Origin: an uncultured virus (IMG/VR IMGVR_UViG_3300042377_000720)
Lineage: Duplodnaviria > Heunggongvirae > Uroviricota > Caudoviricetes
Length of the DNA: 64,000 nucleotides
Reading direction: 5' to 3' (one strand)
IMG/VR virus record: IMGVR_UViG_3300042377_000720
This document shows positions 51,501 to 61,835 of this stretch, in pieces. The translations under genes and the position numbers were made by a program. Position 1 is the stretch's first letter. The number at the start of each line of letters is the position of its first letter. Below the pieces are notes generated by a model, which saw only the letters and a list, made by a program, of their open reading frames with translations, was not told the DNA's origin and ran no database searches.

Positions 51501-54500
51501 AATGAACCGGTGGATTGTTTATTAGTTTCCGATTTATACATTGAGGTTATTGGACACAAATCAGGCGTTCAAAATCCTAGTGGAGAATGGCCATTTTACA
51601 TTTACGCAAACTGTGTGTCTGGTTATAACCAAAATGCGGACATATACATTGAGAGAGTACCGGGTGAAGACTGTGTCTTTAAATTAACTGGAATAACTCA
51701 AAATGAAATTATCGATTTTGACATTATTGACGGTGCAAATAAAGAAGTTAAATTTAGAATAGAAGGTTTACAGGCCAAAGTTGAACATGACCCATGTCCA
51801 TTACCAAGTGGTAAAAGTCACGTTGAATTGTTCGAACTAATAGGTTTCCAAGGAACTTCAGGAAATAGTATATCATCCATATCAGGTGCCACATTCTGTG
51901 ACAATTATACGGGACATACAATTCACCCTAAAGTTGAATATAGAAGTAATTTCAATTATGGTTTAAAATGTGATACGGATGTTTTAGTTGTCACAACGGG
52001 AATAACAATTAACAGCGGTACCACAAGTATTGATGTTGAAACTTTTATTTCAAACGGAGATATAATTAAAAAAAGTGTTTGTGACCTTCTTGTTGATGAT
52101 TACATTTTATCTGCTGAATACAAAGATTGTAACCAATTATCAAATCAACAATTCCAAGACGCACCTGAAAATGGTTATTCGTTCACATATGAATATGTTA
52201 AATTAAAAGTTACCGATAAAGATTGTCTTGCTTCTGTTAAGAAGAGTGTCATTACGGGTTTAACCAATAATGGAATTTATGAAGTATTTGAAGTTTTACC
52301 AACAACCCAACTTAGAGTTTATACAAATAAGTTTATTGAGAATTTTGGAAATGTAACAAATGGTAACTATCACTTTGATGATAGATTTCCTGAAGAATTA
52401 CAAAGTAAACCAATAGATTTCATTGAACCATGCTGTGACCACCCAAAAGAGTTATATAATCATGGAGATTATTTAATTAATCAATATGGGTACCCAATCG
52501 AAGTGATTGCTGTCGATTTAAATTACTGTGAATCAAACCTATATTTTAATTTAAATGTTGAGAAGGACGGCACACCATTAGGTGATGATAGTTTCTTAGT
52601 AGTATTCAATGGTAACTCAAATGAACAATTACTAATGAAACACACATATAGTGTTCATCCGGGTCTTGACTTTAAATTAGGTCAATATTATATTGACCCT
52701 GAACATTGTCCAACTGAACCAACAAATGAAGAATTAGAGATTTCGGTTTTTGGTGAGTGTATAGATTGTGATTTTGATATCGATGTGAACATATTAGATT
52801 GTAATTTTGATATCGATGTTGATGTTATATTTAACGAGACAACACCAACGCCAACATCAACTAGTACACCTACTGTAACACCAACGGAAACTCCCACAGG
52901 AACGGTAACAAATACACCAACTAGTACGGTAACCCCAACTAGCACTGTAACACCAACAGCAACTCCGACAGAGACACCAACTAGTACTCCTACTGCAACG
53001 GAAACGCCAACAATTACGCCGACAGTAACTCCTACAGGAACAGCAACACCTACTGCAACTCCTACTGAGACACCAACCACAACTCCGACTGAAACGCCGA
53101 CAGGAACCAGTACACCAACTATTACTGATACACCAACAATAACACCTACGGGAACTAGTACACCAACAGAGACTCCTACGGAAACGCCAACCGCAACTCC
53201 AACAGCAACTCCTACGGAAACGCCAACGGCAACTCCTACGGATACACCAACTACAACACCAACGGGAACATCAACTCCTACAGGCACTGCGACACCCACA
53301 GAAACGCCAACTAGTACTCCAACAGGAACCAGTACTCCTACAGAGACGCCAACTAGTACACCGACTAATACGGAAACGCCAACAATTACCCCAACAGGAA
53401 CAGCAACTCCAACTAGTACTCCAACAGCAACTCCTACGGAAACGCCAACTAGTACTCCTACGGAAACACCAACAGGAACTAATACTCCGACAGAGACATC
53501 AACAGCAACTCCTACGGAAACACCAACAGGAACGCCGACTATTACACCAACGGAAACGCCAACACAAACGGCAACTCCGACTGAAACCCCTACTGAGACA
53601 CCAACGGCAACGCCGACTAGTACGCCAACGGCAACTCCGACTGAAACACCAACTGAAACTCCTACGGAAACGCCAACGGCAACTCCGACAGGAACCAGTA
53701 CGCCGACTATTACTGATACACCAACTATTACACCTACAGGAACGGCAACTCCTACGGAAACACCAACAGTGACTCCTACGATTACACAGTCACCAACTGA
53801 TACCCCAACTGTAACACCAACTACAACATGTACTTTGGTTACAACTCAATACTTGGAGGTAAAATTACTTGGATGTACTAATTTTAGTTTGAAATTATTT
53901 GATAATCCTAATTTAACGGGTAACGCAAATGCCATTTGTGATTATGTGGTATCAGGAACCGCATATGGGGATTTAGGTACGGTATATAATGGAACAGAAA
54001 CAATCGCATACAACGACCATACACATTCGTTCAATTTGAATCCTGTTTTACAACAGGGAGAATGTGTTAGTAGTTTTACCGTTAATTCTGTCCAACCTGT
54101 ATGTTCATGTGTTGAGGTAATTTATGTTCAAACAACACCAACACCAACTAGTACCGCAACACCTACAATAACACCCACTGGAACTAGCACAGAGACGCCG
54201 ACAGCAACTCCTACAGGAACTAATACTCCTACGGAAACACCTACGGGAACCGCAACTAATACACCTACTGAGACGCCGACAGTAACACCAACAGGAACCA
54301 ATACTCCAACAGAGACACCAACGGCAACTCCAACAGGAACTAGTACACCAACTCCAACGGAAACGCCAACAGCGACCCCAACTAATACGGAAACGCCAAC
54401 ATCAACTCCTACAGGAACGGCAACTCCTACCGGAACTAGTACTCCTACGGAAACACCAACAGCAACCCCAACAGGAACCATTACACCAACTAATACAGAA

Positions 54501-56618
54501 ACACCAACTAGTACACCTACGGCAACTCCTACGGGAACTAGTACACCAACAGCAACTCCGACTGAAACTCCTACGGCAACTCCGACAGGAACTAGTACAC
54601 CTACGGAAACGCCAACCGCGACACCGACAGGAACTAGTACACCTACTGCAACTCCTACGGAAACGCCAACAGAGACACCAACGGAAACGCCAACAGCAAC
54701 TCCTACAGGAACAGCAACTCCTACGGGAACAGCAACTCCTACTGAGACGCCAACAGCAACCCCTACGGGAACTGCAACTCCTACGGAAACACCAACTAGC
54801 ACACCTACTGCAACTCCGACAGGAACAGCAACCCCAACAGGAACCATTACACCAACTAATACAGAAACGCCGACATCGACACCGACAGGAACTAGTACAC
54901 CTACTGCAACTCCTACGGAAACACCAACTATAACCCCTACAGGAACTGCAACACCTACCGCAACTCCTACGGAAACGCCAACCGCAACTCCTACGGGAAC
55001 TGCAACTCCGACAGCAACTCCTACGGAAACACCAACTGCGACACCAACTATAACCCCAACACCTACGGAAACGCCGACAGCGACGCCAACTGCAACTCCT
55101 ACGGAAACACCAACCGCAACTCCAACAGGAACAGCAACTCCAACAGGAACTGCAACACCAACAGAGACGCCAACAGCAACTCCAACAGAGACACCTACGG
55201 AAACGCCGACAGCGACGCCAACTGCAACTCCTACGGAAACACCAACCGCAACTCCAACAGGAACAGCAACTCCAACAGGAACAGCAACTCCAACAGGAAC
55301 AGCAACTCCAACAGGAACTGCAACACCAACAGAGACGCCAACAGCAACTCCAACAGGAACAGCAACTCCAACAGGAACAGCAACTCCAACAGGAACTGCA
55401 ACACCAACAGAGACGCCAACAGCAACTCCAACAGAGACACCTACGGAAACGCCAACATCAACACCACCTATTAATCTTATTCTTACATCATGTTGTGATG
55501 TAAGTCAATTTAAGTATGTAACGGTAGATGCTGGTGCATATGCAATAGATACTAATTTAACAACAAGTATTTTTGGATGTTGTTACCATTTAACCGACAT
55601 TGGTGGTAATGGTTCAGATGGATATTATCCTGGAACCACTTTATTTGATTTTACCACATGTGAAGATTGTTTGATTGAGAATCCGGGGTTATATGTGAAT
55701 GTTAATTTAGACTCTTGTTGTCCTGAAAATCCTACAGTTAATAAACTTGATATTGGGGTGGGATGCTCAACAGAATATACTTTACCAATCGTTGGTCAGA
55801 TTATTAATTACTATGGATATTGTTACACAATAACAAGCGTAGGGTCAACAAATGAAGGATGTGCACCAATATATCAATATTATAACACATGTTCAGATTG
55901 TGGACCATGCATAACACCTACACCGACAGTAACACCAACTAGTACGGCAACCCCTACAGGAACACCAACACCGACAGTAACACCAACCAGTACTGCAACA
56001 CCAACTAGTACTGCAACCCCTACAGGAACACCAACTCCTACTGTAACACCAACAGCAACCCCTACAGCAACCTTGGCGGTTGAATGTTACAACATAGGAC
56101 CATCATATACGGGTGGTTGGATTTATTATATTAACTGTACAGGTGGAACGCAAGAACAGTATTTCAACCCGGGAGAAACGGGCACATTATGTATTGACGA
56201 ATTACTTACTGACACTAATAACATTGCGGTACCAACAGGTGTACAGTGTTATGACTGCACCCCTTGTCCACCATATAACCCGGCACCATTAATTTGTACG
56301 TGTCATGAAATAACAATTAGTCAAGAGGATATAGATAATGCGACAGGTAACAACAACCCTGTTACCATAAATGGGGCATACTACCCAAGTGCAAATGGAA
56401 AAGTATTCTTTAAATATTTTGAGTGCGGTTATGGTAATGAACCAAGGTTAACGATGTTTGGTGTTGCAGGAATATATAACATATGTATTTGGAGTGCAGA
56501 TACTCGTTACTCACCTGCATTGGTTTACTTCCAAGGTGACGTTCAACTGACAGCTCCAACTTCTAGTTATGTAAACAGTTTAGTACCATGTAATAAACCC
56601 GAGGATTGTGATAGATAA
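48507..56618 (+). CDS. giant baseplate wedge/fibre protein (P2 gpI/gp7-like motif) with mucin-like Thr/Pro tracts and Cys-rich modules
   Basis: [14 protein letters not shown]...[19 protein letters not shown] wedge motif; about 830 aa of T-x-T-P repeats. Confidence 0.7.
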   Translation: MATTKVPSQAANGGQTFSDNLVGRQITNGSSALTNTSFDIDKTIPSKDAKNFKNNPFSDFLTLDNLKEETSAVVTQNKTAQEKKSSIRFKSNKKNADKSLFGSLKDRILVSVTRIINKFPGGLSVEGGGPIGSNSYTAFNASYDINLNRTTFYVERAKLFNPFDVSLIEPNSAIKPTTENEIRNLYSSYSKYVAVFSGNTYPVIEYTQPNSANEIKFVVLGNPLSGSTTYSSNFLLRPNDGIVEEFFNGLDDLEEALLNRETNPIYTASFQIPMDNSDGSRTTLQNVEYTWPLSSDNWNIRIAGLDYESYVENLSDISDQIDDYKSNLMVRFLASPQLFEFDTEDQKAESVFQLYGQSFDKVKKYIDNIAYMRNVSYDGINNLPDVLLKNLSQNLGLSSINLFDEKSLEDVLYSRQDSSYGGVSKGFNLIDAEYEFYRRLLVNLAFIFKSKGTRAGIEFFLKFLGAPEPLIKLDEYIYRVESIPGSFDLEQDIYDVIQGEKTYTTATFNLTGYTYETSTVTGTTNFDRDGYPVDPDTLLPRRAFNQTDEIFFEKGSGWYDITLDHRTPTILDTENSILTGLTKTIKTKNKPYTYGENYFDVFRTLPGLDTGYGLKTEIDNKKTHSVEDDSLLILNRKNINVHISPSKGIDYDIYRRGRNLNLSFGTNNNLVPQTGVTFAEFVDKFIHGTIKNSNTIRYKKNYIVLEDIYRDYISQVGFSPYGFIDVNEFVDKITPYWVQLIEQLVPATTLWTGGNLIENNLFGRPKYPYIFDCQPMEFVENLYPDFETAIEEDLETLLGEESNFRGLINLTGVTYYPTIEIDGIVYGGPSFSDLTSAMTVVVSGTTNTTNSAQLYNPFPMDDCTDLTSNDAVNLALICDYKDYLEPDIVKIKQLWLSALSELISVITITRYTAGYEDYDPFLGATGQTYTTEEVPMVSYELFTDVNGEEMIRFSSIKYGIGDCSVKDYFDYRFEADYETTKNVVEMSVEVRGDGQYYCNEPVDCLLVSDLYIEVIGHKSGVQNPSGEWPFYIYANCVSGYNQNADIYIERVPGEDCVFKLTGITQNEIIDFDIIDGANKEVKFRIEGLQAKVEHDPCPLPSGKSHVELFELIGFQGTSGNSISSISGATFCDNYTGHTIHPKVEYRSNFNYGLKCDTDVLVVTTGITINSGTTSIDVETFISNGDIIKKSVCDLLVDDYILSAEYKDCNQLSNQQFQDAPENGYSFTYEYVKLKVTDKDCLASVKKSVITGLTNNGIYEVFEVLPTTQLRVYTNKFIENFGNVTNGNYHFDDRFPEELQSKPIDFIEPCCDHPKELYNHGDYLINQYGYPIEVIAVDLNYCESNLYFNLNVEKDGTPLGDDSFLVVFNGNSNEQLLMKHTYSVHPGLDFKLGQYYIDPEHCPTEPTNEELEISVFGECIDCDFDIDVNILDCNFDIDVDVIFNETTPTPTSTSTPTVTPTETPTGTVTNTPTSTVTPTSTVTPTATPTETPTSTPTATETPTITPTVTPTGTATPTATPTETPTTTPTETPTGTSTPTITDTPTITPTGTSTPTETPTETPTATPTATPTETPTATPTDTPTTTPTGTSTPTGTATPTETPTSTPTGTSTPTETPTSTPTNTETPTITPTGTATPTSTPTATPTETPTSTPTETPTGTNTPTETSTATPTETPTGTPTITPTETPTQTATPTETPTETPTATPTSTPTATPTETPTETPTETPTATPTGTSTPTITDTPTITPTGTATPTETPTVTPTITQSPTDTPTVTPTTTCTLVTTQYLEVKLLGCTNFSLKLFDNPNLTGNANAICDYVVSGTAYGDLGTVYNGTETIAYNDHTHSFNLNPVLQQGECVSSFTVNSVQPVCSCVEVIYVQTTPTPTSTATPTITPTGTSTETPTATPTGTNTPTETPTGTATNTPTETPTVTPTGTNTPTETPTATPTGTSTPTPTETPTATPTNTETPTSTPTGTATPTGTSTPTETPTATPTGTITPTNTETPTSTPTATPTGTSTPTATPTETPTATPTGTSTPTETPTATPTGTSTPTATPTETPTETPTETPTATPTGTATPTGTATPTETPTATPTGTATPTETPTSTPTATPTGTATPTGTITPTNTETPTSTPTGTSTPTATPTETPTITPTGTATPTATPTETPTATPTGTATPTATPTETPTATPTITPTPTETPTATPTATPTETPTATPTGTATPTGTATPTETPTATPTETPTETPTATPTATPTETPTATPTGTATPTGTATPTGTATPTGTATPTETPTATPTGTATPTGTATPTGTATPTETPTATPTETPTETPTSTPPINLILTSCCDVSQFKYVTVDAGAYAIDTNLTTSIFGCCYHLTDIGGNGSDGYYPGTTLFDFTTCEDCLIENPGLYVNVNLDSCCPENPTVNKLDIGVGCSTEYTLPIVGQIINYYGYCYTITSVGSTNEGCAPIYQYYNTCSDCGPCITPTPTVTPTSTATPTGTPTPTVTPTSTATPTSTATPTGTPTPTVTPTATPTATLAVECYNIGPSYTGGWIYYINCTGGTQEQYFNPGETGTLCIDELLTDTNNIAVPTGVQCYDCTPCPPYNPAPLICTCHEITISQEDIDNATGNNNPVTINGAYYPSANGKVFFKYFECGYGNEPRLTMFGVAGIYNICIWSADTRYSPALVYFQGDVQLTAPTSSYVNSLVPCNKPEDCDR
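52839..53828 (+). repeat. coding Thr/Pro tandem repeat tract 1 (330 codons)
   Basis: Degenerate 12/18-bp units encoding [14 protein letters not shown]. Confidence 0.95.
54132..55469 (+). repeat. coding Thr/Pro tandem repeat tract 2 (446 codons)
   Basis: Same units; exact DNA duplications toward the 3' end. Confidence 0.95.
55914..56072 (+). repeat. coding Thr/Pro tandem repeat tract 3 (53 codons)
   Basis: [16 protein letters not shown] units. Confidence 0.9.
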
Positions 56619-56660
56619 AATAAAGAATAAAAGTATTTATAAAATAACAAGAAAAGACAT

Positions 56661-57686
56661 ATGTTTATAACATTTACAATACCATCAGGATATACCGCAA
56701 CAGATGCGGGACCATTTAATATTTCGGGATTAACCGATACGTTTGATGTTGTTCTTTTAGCAACAGGTATCACAAAATCTCAATTATTAACGGGTTATAC
56801 TGTTGACACCACACCATACACAATTGTAAGTGGAACAGTTGCTAGTGTTGGATTATGTACAAATGAAGTTAATTATGTTATTAGTTCTACCACACCAACA
56901 CCTACTGTAACACCAACGGGAACTAGTACTCCTACAGTAACACCAACGGGAACTAGTACTCCTACGGGAACACCAACGGAAACCATTACCCCCACACCAA
57001 CAGGAACTAATACCCCAACTGAAACGCCGACAACAACACCTACTACGACACCAACAAGTACTAACACACCAACAGTGGTAACACCAACAGAAACACCAAT
57101 CCTATTTTGTTATGGTTATAACATCGAAGGTGCCGCATCTATTGATGTTGAATGGTTAGAGTGTGATGGAACACCAAATTCTGCAACAGTAACAAGTGCA
57201 ATAGTTGTTTGTGCTCAAAATGGTTCAGTATTTCAAACCGGAGGTGAGGGTAACATAACACAACTAGGGGAATGTGAAACGATTACACCAATGGAAACTC
57301 CAACACCGACAGGTACTAATACACCAACATCAACACCAACGGGTACTAATACACCAACATCAACACCAACAATAACTGTTACACCTACATTCACACCTGA
57401 ACCAATAGGAACATCCGCATATGAGGCGGAAGAATGGTCATGTGAATACGATTCAGGAGGAGTAGCAACAGGATGTACAATGATAAATGATAACGTAATT
57501 GTTGAGATGCCAACATCAACGTCTCCTGTATTTGGTAGATTCTACATTGAAAATGTTGGGGCGTGTACTGGAAGTATTTTTAAAATTACAGGTAACACTA
57601 TAAGTGGTGGACCTAACTTAATACTTTACGGAACAACAGGTCATGGCGTGTGTACGAATGCATGTCAAGAAAATTGTCAATTATAA
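56661..57686 (+). CDS. Thr/Pro-linker, Cys-rich putative fibre protein
   Basis: DAGPFNI N-terminal domain, two TP tracts, Cys modules; late motif at 56634-56641. Confidence 0.65.
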   Translation: MFITFTIPSGYTATDAGPFNISGLTDTFDVVLLATGITKSQLLTGYTVDTTPYTIVSGTVASVGLCTNEVNYVISSTTPTPTVTPTGTSTPTVTPTGTSTPTGTPTETITPTPTGTNTPTETPTTTPTTTPTSTNTPTVVTPTETPILFCYGYNIEGAASIDVEWLECDGTPNSATVTSAIVVCAQNGSVFQTGGEGNITQLGECETITPMETPTPTGTNTPTSTPTGTNTPTSTPTITVTPTFTPEPIGTSAYEAEEWSCEYDSGGVATGCTMINDNVIVEMPTSTSPVFGRFYIENVGACTGSIFKITGNTISGGPNLILYGTTGHGVCTNACQENCQL

Positions 57687-57690
57687 TTAA

Positions 57691-59382
57691 ATGGGACTAA
57701 ACGTAAGAATATATAATATAATCTCAAATGGTAATTACACGATTCGTTATAAGTCGGGTAATAATCCATACCCCGTTGAAACTAATTCAACTTTTACGTT
57801 ATTGGGTTCATATACTCCGTCAACAACTGAAATAACAATTTCAGGTTTAACATTCGATACTCAGTATTGGATTAAAATGACGGACAATGCAACGGGTAGA
57901 TATATTGTTCAAAATATCTTTACTCACGATAGTAAGGCGTTCCCATGTTATGACACAATCTGTTTTAGTATCGATGTGACATGTGAAAACCAATCAACAC
58001 CTACACCAACGATAACTCCAACTCCAACCATAACGACAACCCCAACATCAACATCAACGGGAACTATAACAACTACCCCGACATCAACTACTTGTAGTGA
58101 CGATATTGTAAGAACATTGAACAGTCCATCAGTGTATAACAGACCTTCCGGTATGGTGTATAACCCAAATAATAATGAAATTTATGCACTTAACGTTGGT
58201 GCGGCATATTACATTAGTAGAGTTATACCAAACTCATCAACACAATCCATATTTGGGACATTTACGACCAGTGTAAACACATCTATTATAGGTATGAATA
58301 CCGTAACAAATAAAGTTTATGGGGTTGACGTAGGTGGCACTATACGTATGCAAAATACAACAATTCCACAAACCGAAACATATTTAGGAAATGGACCAAC
58401 AAATCCAAAGGCGTTTGAATTTAATTCGGGAGATAATGTAATGTATCTTTCCTCATATACTGGAACGAGTTCAGGTGAAATATCGGTAATAGATGGTTCT
58501 TCTGAAACATTTATTACACAAGTTACTGGTTTACCAATTAATAGTACGAGTTATACATTAAGTTATAACTCAATTAACGATACTCTTTATCTTCCGGGTA
58601 CGGGTACAACTGTTCAAAGATTTTCTACGATATCATATACAATAGTTGGGAGTATTGCGGTCAGTGGAACGGTTCGTTCATTATCATATAAATCATCAAC
58701 TAATCAATTATTTGTAATCCATACAGGGGGTTATGATGTAATCGATTGTTCAACAAATAGTGTTACAAATTCATATAGTATTTCACTTGGGTTGACGATT
58801 TATAACTCTGTATATAACAGTGTAAACAATAAATTATACATCCCAATTTTTGATGGTGGAGTTGTTAAAGTTATTGATGTATCAACGGGTACACTATCAG
58901 ATACAATAACAATACCGGATTCAACACCATTTGATGTGGTATTTTATCCACCAACAAACACAATTTATGTGTCCGACCCCAAAACAACAACATTTAAAAT
59001 TGTTGAGATATGTGGTTCAATTGGAGCAACACCAACCCCAACGGTAACACCTACATCAACGACAACCCCAACAATAACTCCAACATCAACGGGAACTATA
59101 ACAACAACCCCAACTTCAACACCAACAATAACTCCAACTTCAACACCTATGGAATTTTACTATTTTATTAGGGCAGTAAGTAACTGTGATACGGGCGCAG
59201 CGAGCGGCCCAACGTACATAGCGAAGTCCCTTGTTTCGTTATCAATAGGGACATTTGTAAATATGAGTAGTTTACCAAATCCTAATTGTGCTTGGAAAAT
59301 AATAAGTGAAACCGTCGGTCCCGAGGACGACATAATAAGCGGAAGTTGTGGAACAAGTATACCTGTGGGTTGCTGTTGTTAA
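57691..59382 (+). CDS. putative fibre/adhesin with FN3-like N-terminus, TP linkers and YncE/YVTN-like beta-propeller
   Basis: ITISGLTFDTQYWI; repeated YNP.NNEIY, YNSVNNKLY, VIDVST blades. Confidence 0.7.
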   Translation: MGLNVRIYNIISNGNYTIRYKSGNNPYPVETNSTFTLLGSYTPSTTEITISGLTFDTQYWIKMTDNATGRYIVQNIFTHDSKAFPCYDTICFSIDVTCENQSTPTPTITPTPTITTTPTSTSTGTITTTPTSTTCSDDIVRTLNSPSVYNRPSGMVYNPNNNEIYALNVGAAYYISRVIPNSSTQSIFGTFTTSVNTSIIGMNTVTNKVYGVDVGGTIRMQNTTIPQTETYLGNGPTNPKAFEFNSGDNVMYLSSYTGTSSGEISVIDGSSETFITQVTGLPINSTSYTLSYNSINDTLYLPGTGTTVQRFSTISYTIVGSIAVSGTVRSLSYKSSTNQLFVIHTGGYDVIDCSTNSVTNSYSISLGLTIYNSVYNSVNNKLYIPIFDGGVVKVIDVSTGTLSDTITIPDSTPFDVVFYPPTNTIYVSDPKTTTFKIVEICGSIGATPTPTVTPTSTTTPTITPTSTGTITTTPTSTPTITPTSTPMEFYYFIRAVSNCDTGAASGPTYIAKSLVSLSIGTFVNMSSLPNPNCAWKIISETVGPEDDIISGSCGTSIPVGCCC

Positions 59383-59417
59383 AAAAATAATAAAAAATAG
59401 ATTCATATTTAATATAG

Positions 59418-60857
59418 ATGCCAACTTCAAGTTATGAAATAACAGTTTCCAATTTTAATGGTACAACACCATGTGAAAGTTATTCAGTTTATACTGGAAT
59501 AACTCACGACATTGATGACGCTGATTATGTGGAAGACGTTAACGTACCCGTTTCGGGATACACTTTAAGTTTGAATGTTGATAGTTCATATGATAATGTT
59601 TATTTATTTATTGAACATTGTGATGGACACATTAACTCGGTGCCAACGTCAACACCTAAATTACAAGGTGGTTATCAATTGGTTTTTGTTGATTTAAGAT
59701 GTGACGATTGTATTTCACAAATAATCCCAACACCAACCCCCACGGGGACTAACACACCAACGGTAACACCAACACCCACAACAACTAGTACTGATGTTAC
59801 ACCAACACCAACAATAACCCCAACTCCCACTGTGACCCCCACAGGAACTAGTACACCTACGGCAACCCCTACAGGAACTCCAACAGGAACCAGTACCATA
59901 ACACCAACACCGGCAGAAGGATGTTATTGTTATGAATTCAATATTGATGAACGTGAATTTGGAGAATACGGAGGGCCAATACTTCAATATTTAGATTGTA
60001 GTTTAACACCTCAAAGTATAGGATTTAGTGGTGTTGGGGGATTTTCAGGATATTGCATATCCTCAATAACAGATTGGTATAGATATAATGGACCGGAAGA
60101 GTCTGATATCGTTCCGATTGAGTTTTCAACATATACTAATACATTAAACCCATGTACTATAGATGGTGATTGTATTGTAACGGGTGAACCAACACCAACA
60201 CCTACATTAACCCCTACGGCGACACCAACAATAACACCGACCCCTACTTTAACTCCAACAGGAACTAGTACACCTACTTTAACTCCTACAGGAACTAATA
60301 CACCTACAGCAACTCCTACGGGAACTAGTACTCCAACGGCGACGACAACGGAACAATCAACACCTACACCTACAGAATCAAGACCATGTAATTGTTACAC
60401 TGTTGAATGTTCGAATCCGGAAGGATGTTCGGTAACATATGAAGATTGTAACGGTGTGTTATTTGTAGACTCAATTTCGGGCTCAACAACCATAAATCTT
60501 TGTGGTAATATAGTCAATTTAGACCAACCTAATTTAATAATTACAAATACAGGAAACGCATGTGTATTTGACGGTGAAATATACTCGTGTTTAACTGAGT
60601 GTCAATGCGCGAACATTTACATCGATGAAAGAGATTTAATTGCATCAGATGACGGTATTGTTTATGTTAGTATGATTAAATGTGACGGAACGGAAATTAT
60701 AACCCAATACAATTCTCCTGCAACATATGTTGCGTGTGTACAAGTAATTAATAGTATTTACATTTTAAAATTAGGAATCCAAAGTGCTCCGTCGTATAGT
60801 ACTGCAACGATAATACCTGGTAGTAACTGTACAGTGGATAATGATTGTATGAGTTAA
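59418..60857 (+). CDS. Thr/Pro-linker, Cys-rich putative fibre protein
   Basis: Two TP tracts and three CxC...C modules. Confidence 0.65.
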   Translation: MPTSSYEITVSNFNGTTPCESYSVYTGITHDIDDADYVEDVNVPVSGYTLSLNVDSSYDNVYLFIEHCDGHINSVPTSTPKLQGGYQLVFVDLRCDDCISQIIPTPTPTGTNTPTVTPTPTTTSTDVTPTPTITPTPTVTPTGTSTPTATPTGTPTGTSTITPTPAEGCYCYEFNIDEREFGEYGGPILQYLDCSLTPQSIGFSGVGGFSGYCISSITDWYRYNGPEESDIVPIEFSTYTNTLNPCTIDGDCIVTGEPTPTPTLTPTATPTITPTPTLTPTGTSTPTLTPTGTNTPTATPTGTSTPTATTTEQSTPTPTESRPCNCYTVECSNPEGCSVTYEDCNGVLFVDSISGSTTINLCGNIVNLDQPNLIITNTGNACVFDGEIYSCLTECQCANIYIDERDLIASDDGIVYVSMIKCDGTEIITQYNSPATYVACVQVINSIYILKLGIQSAPSYSTATIIPGSNCTVDNDCMS

Positions 60858-60907
60858 TACCATTTAAAATTTACTTTCTAATATTTATCTGATATATTAG
60901 ATACTAA

Positions 60908-61807
60908 ATGGCATGTACTCCAGATACAGTAACCCCAAAAGGTGTTACAATTAATTTAAATTCGGGTTCAGATTACACAAATTGTACTGTTTATACGGGT
61001 CTAACGGACTCTACGGTTACGGGGACAACTAATTGTGTAAATATAACTGGGACAACATGTACCTTAACAGGTTTGTCTGCAACATTAATGGAAGTTTTTG
61101 TTAAAATTGACTGTGAAGGGTGTTGTTCAAATACATTTAGAGTTAATTTAGATGAATGTTGTGGAGATATAGTATCGACACCAACGCCCACCCCAACAGT
61201 AACTCCTACGGGAACTAGTACTCCTACGGTAACATCCACCTCGACACCAACATCTTCCGTATGTGAATGTAACACGTATAGAATTACATATATTTCTTAT
61301 TGTGGAGAATTTATAAATTGGACTGATTGTAACACAAACACACCGATGTCCGAACGGGGTGATTATTTTGGATTACCTACCCCCCAATTCACTATGGGAA
61401 CGGTGTTAGATTTATGTTCTTGCTCTTTACCAACAACAGATTGTACTTTAGTAACAATAAGTTTAGTTACTACTGGATGTACACTTGAAGGTGGATTTAT
61501 TACAACCACCTCAACTATAACCCCAACCCCAACACCAACATCATCTAATATACAATTTACAGTTCAAACAGGTGATACTCTATGTAATGGTGGGACCTGC
61601 CAATTAAATGGTAATATTGGTAACTCAACAATTTACATGGGTTTAAGTGATTCGTTTGTTGATTCAACAATCGTTTTCTCGGATGCGGGACTGACAACAT
61701 ATTTCCCAGATACCAACGCAATTAATCCCGGCGCTTCATATCCGAATTTATATTATGTACTTAGTGGGGTGTTATATATAGATTGTTTAAAAGGTAGTGG
61801 ATGTTAA
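60908..61807 (+). CDS. Thr/Pro-linker, Cys-rich putative fibre protein
   Basis: N-terminal domain resembles that of the 59418 ORF (VYTGxT...L.V...C.G); TATTTAT at 60882-60888. Confidence 0.65.
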   Translation: MACTPDTVTPKGVTINLNSGSDYTNCTVYTGLTDSTVTGTTNCVNITGTTCTLTGLSATLMEVFVKIDCEGCCSNTFRVNLDECCGDIVSTPTPTPTVTPTGTSTPTVTSTSTPTSSVCECNTYRITYISYCGEFINWTDCNTNTPMSERGDYFGLPTPQFTMGTVLDLCSCSLPTTDCTLVTISLVTTGCTLEGGFITTTSTITPTPTPTSSNIQFTVQTGDTLCNGGTCQLNGNIGNSTIYMGLSDSFVDSTIVFSDAGLTTYFPDTNAINPGASYPNLYYVLSGVLYIDCLKGSGC

Positions 61808-61835
61808 TAAAATTAATTAAAAGTATTTATATCAT

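Noticed and set aside
52839..55469. Possible CRISPR array
   Set aside because: The repeats are in-frame degenerate coding units with no unique spacers, and no cas genes are present.
52688..61275. Minus-strand Val/Gly-rich ORFs (52688, 54128, 55231, 56873, 59675, 60991)
   Set aside because: They are antisense shadows of the ACN-CCN repeats, which lack stop codons on the reverse strand.
55480..61807. Diversity-generating retroelement acting on the fibre genes
   Set aside because: No reverse transcriptase lies in the window, and I saw no template/variable repeat pair differing at adenines.
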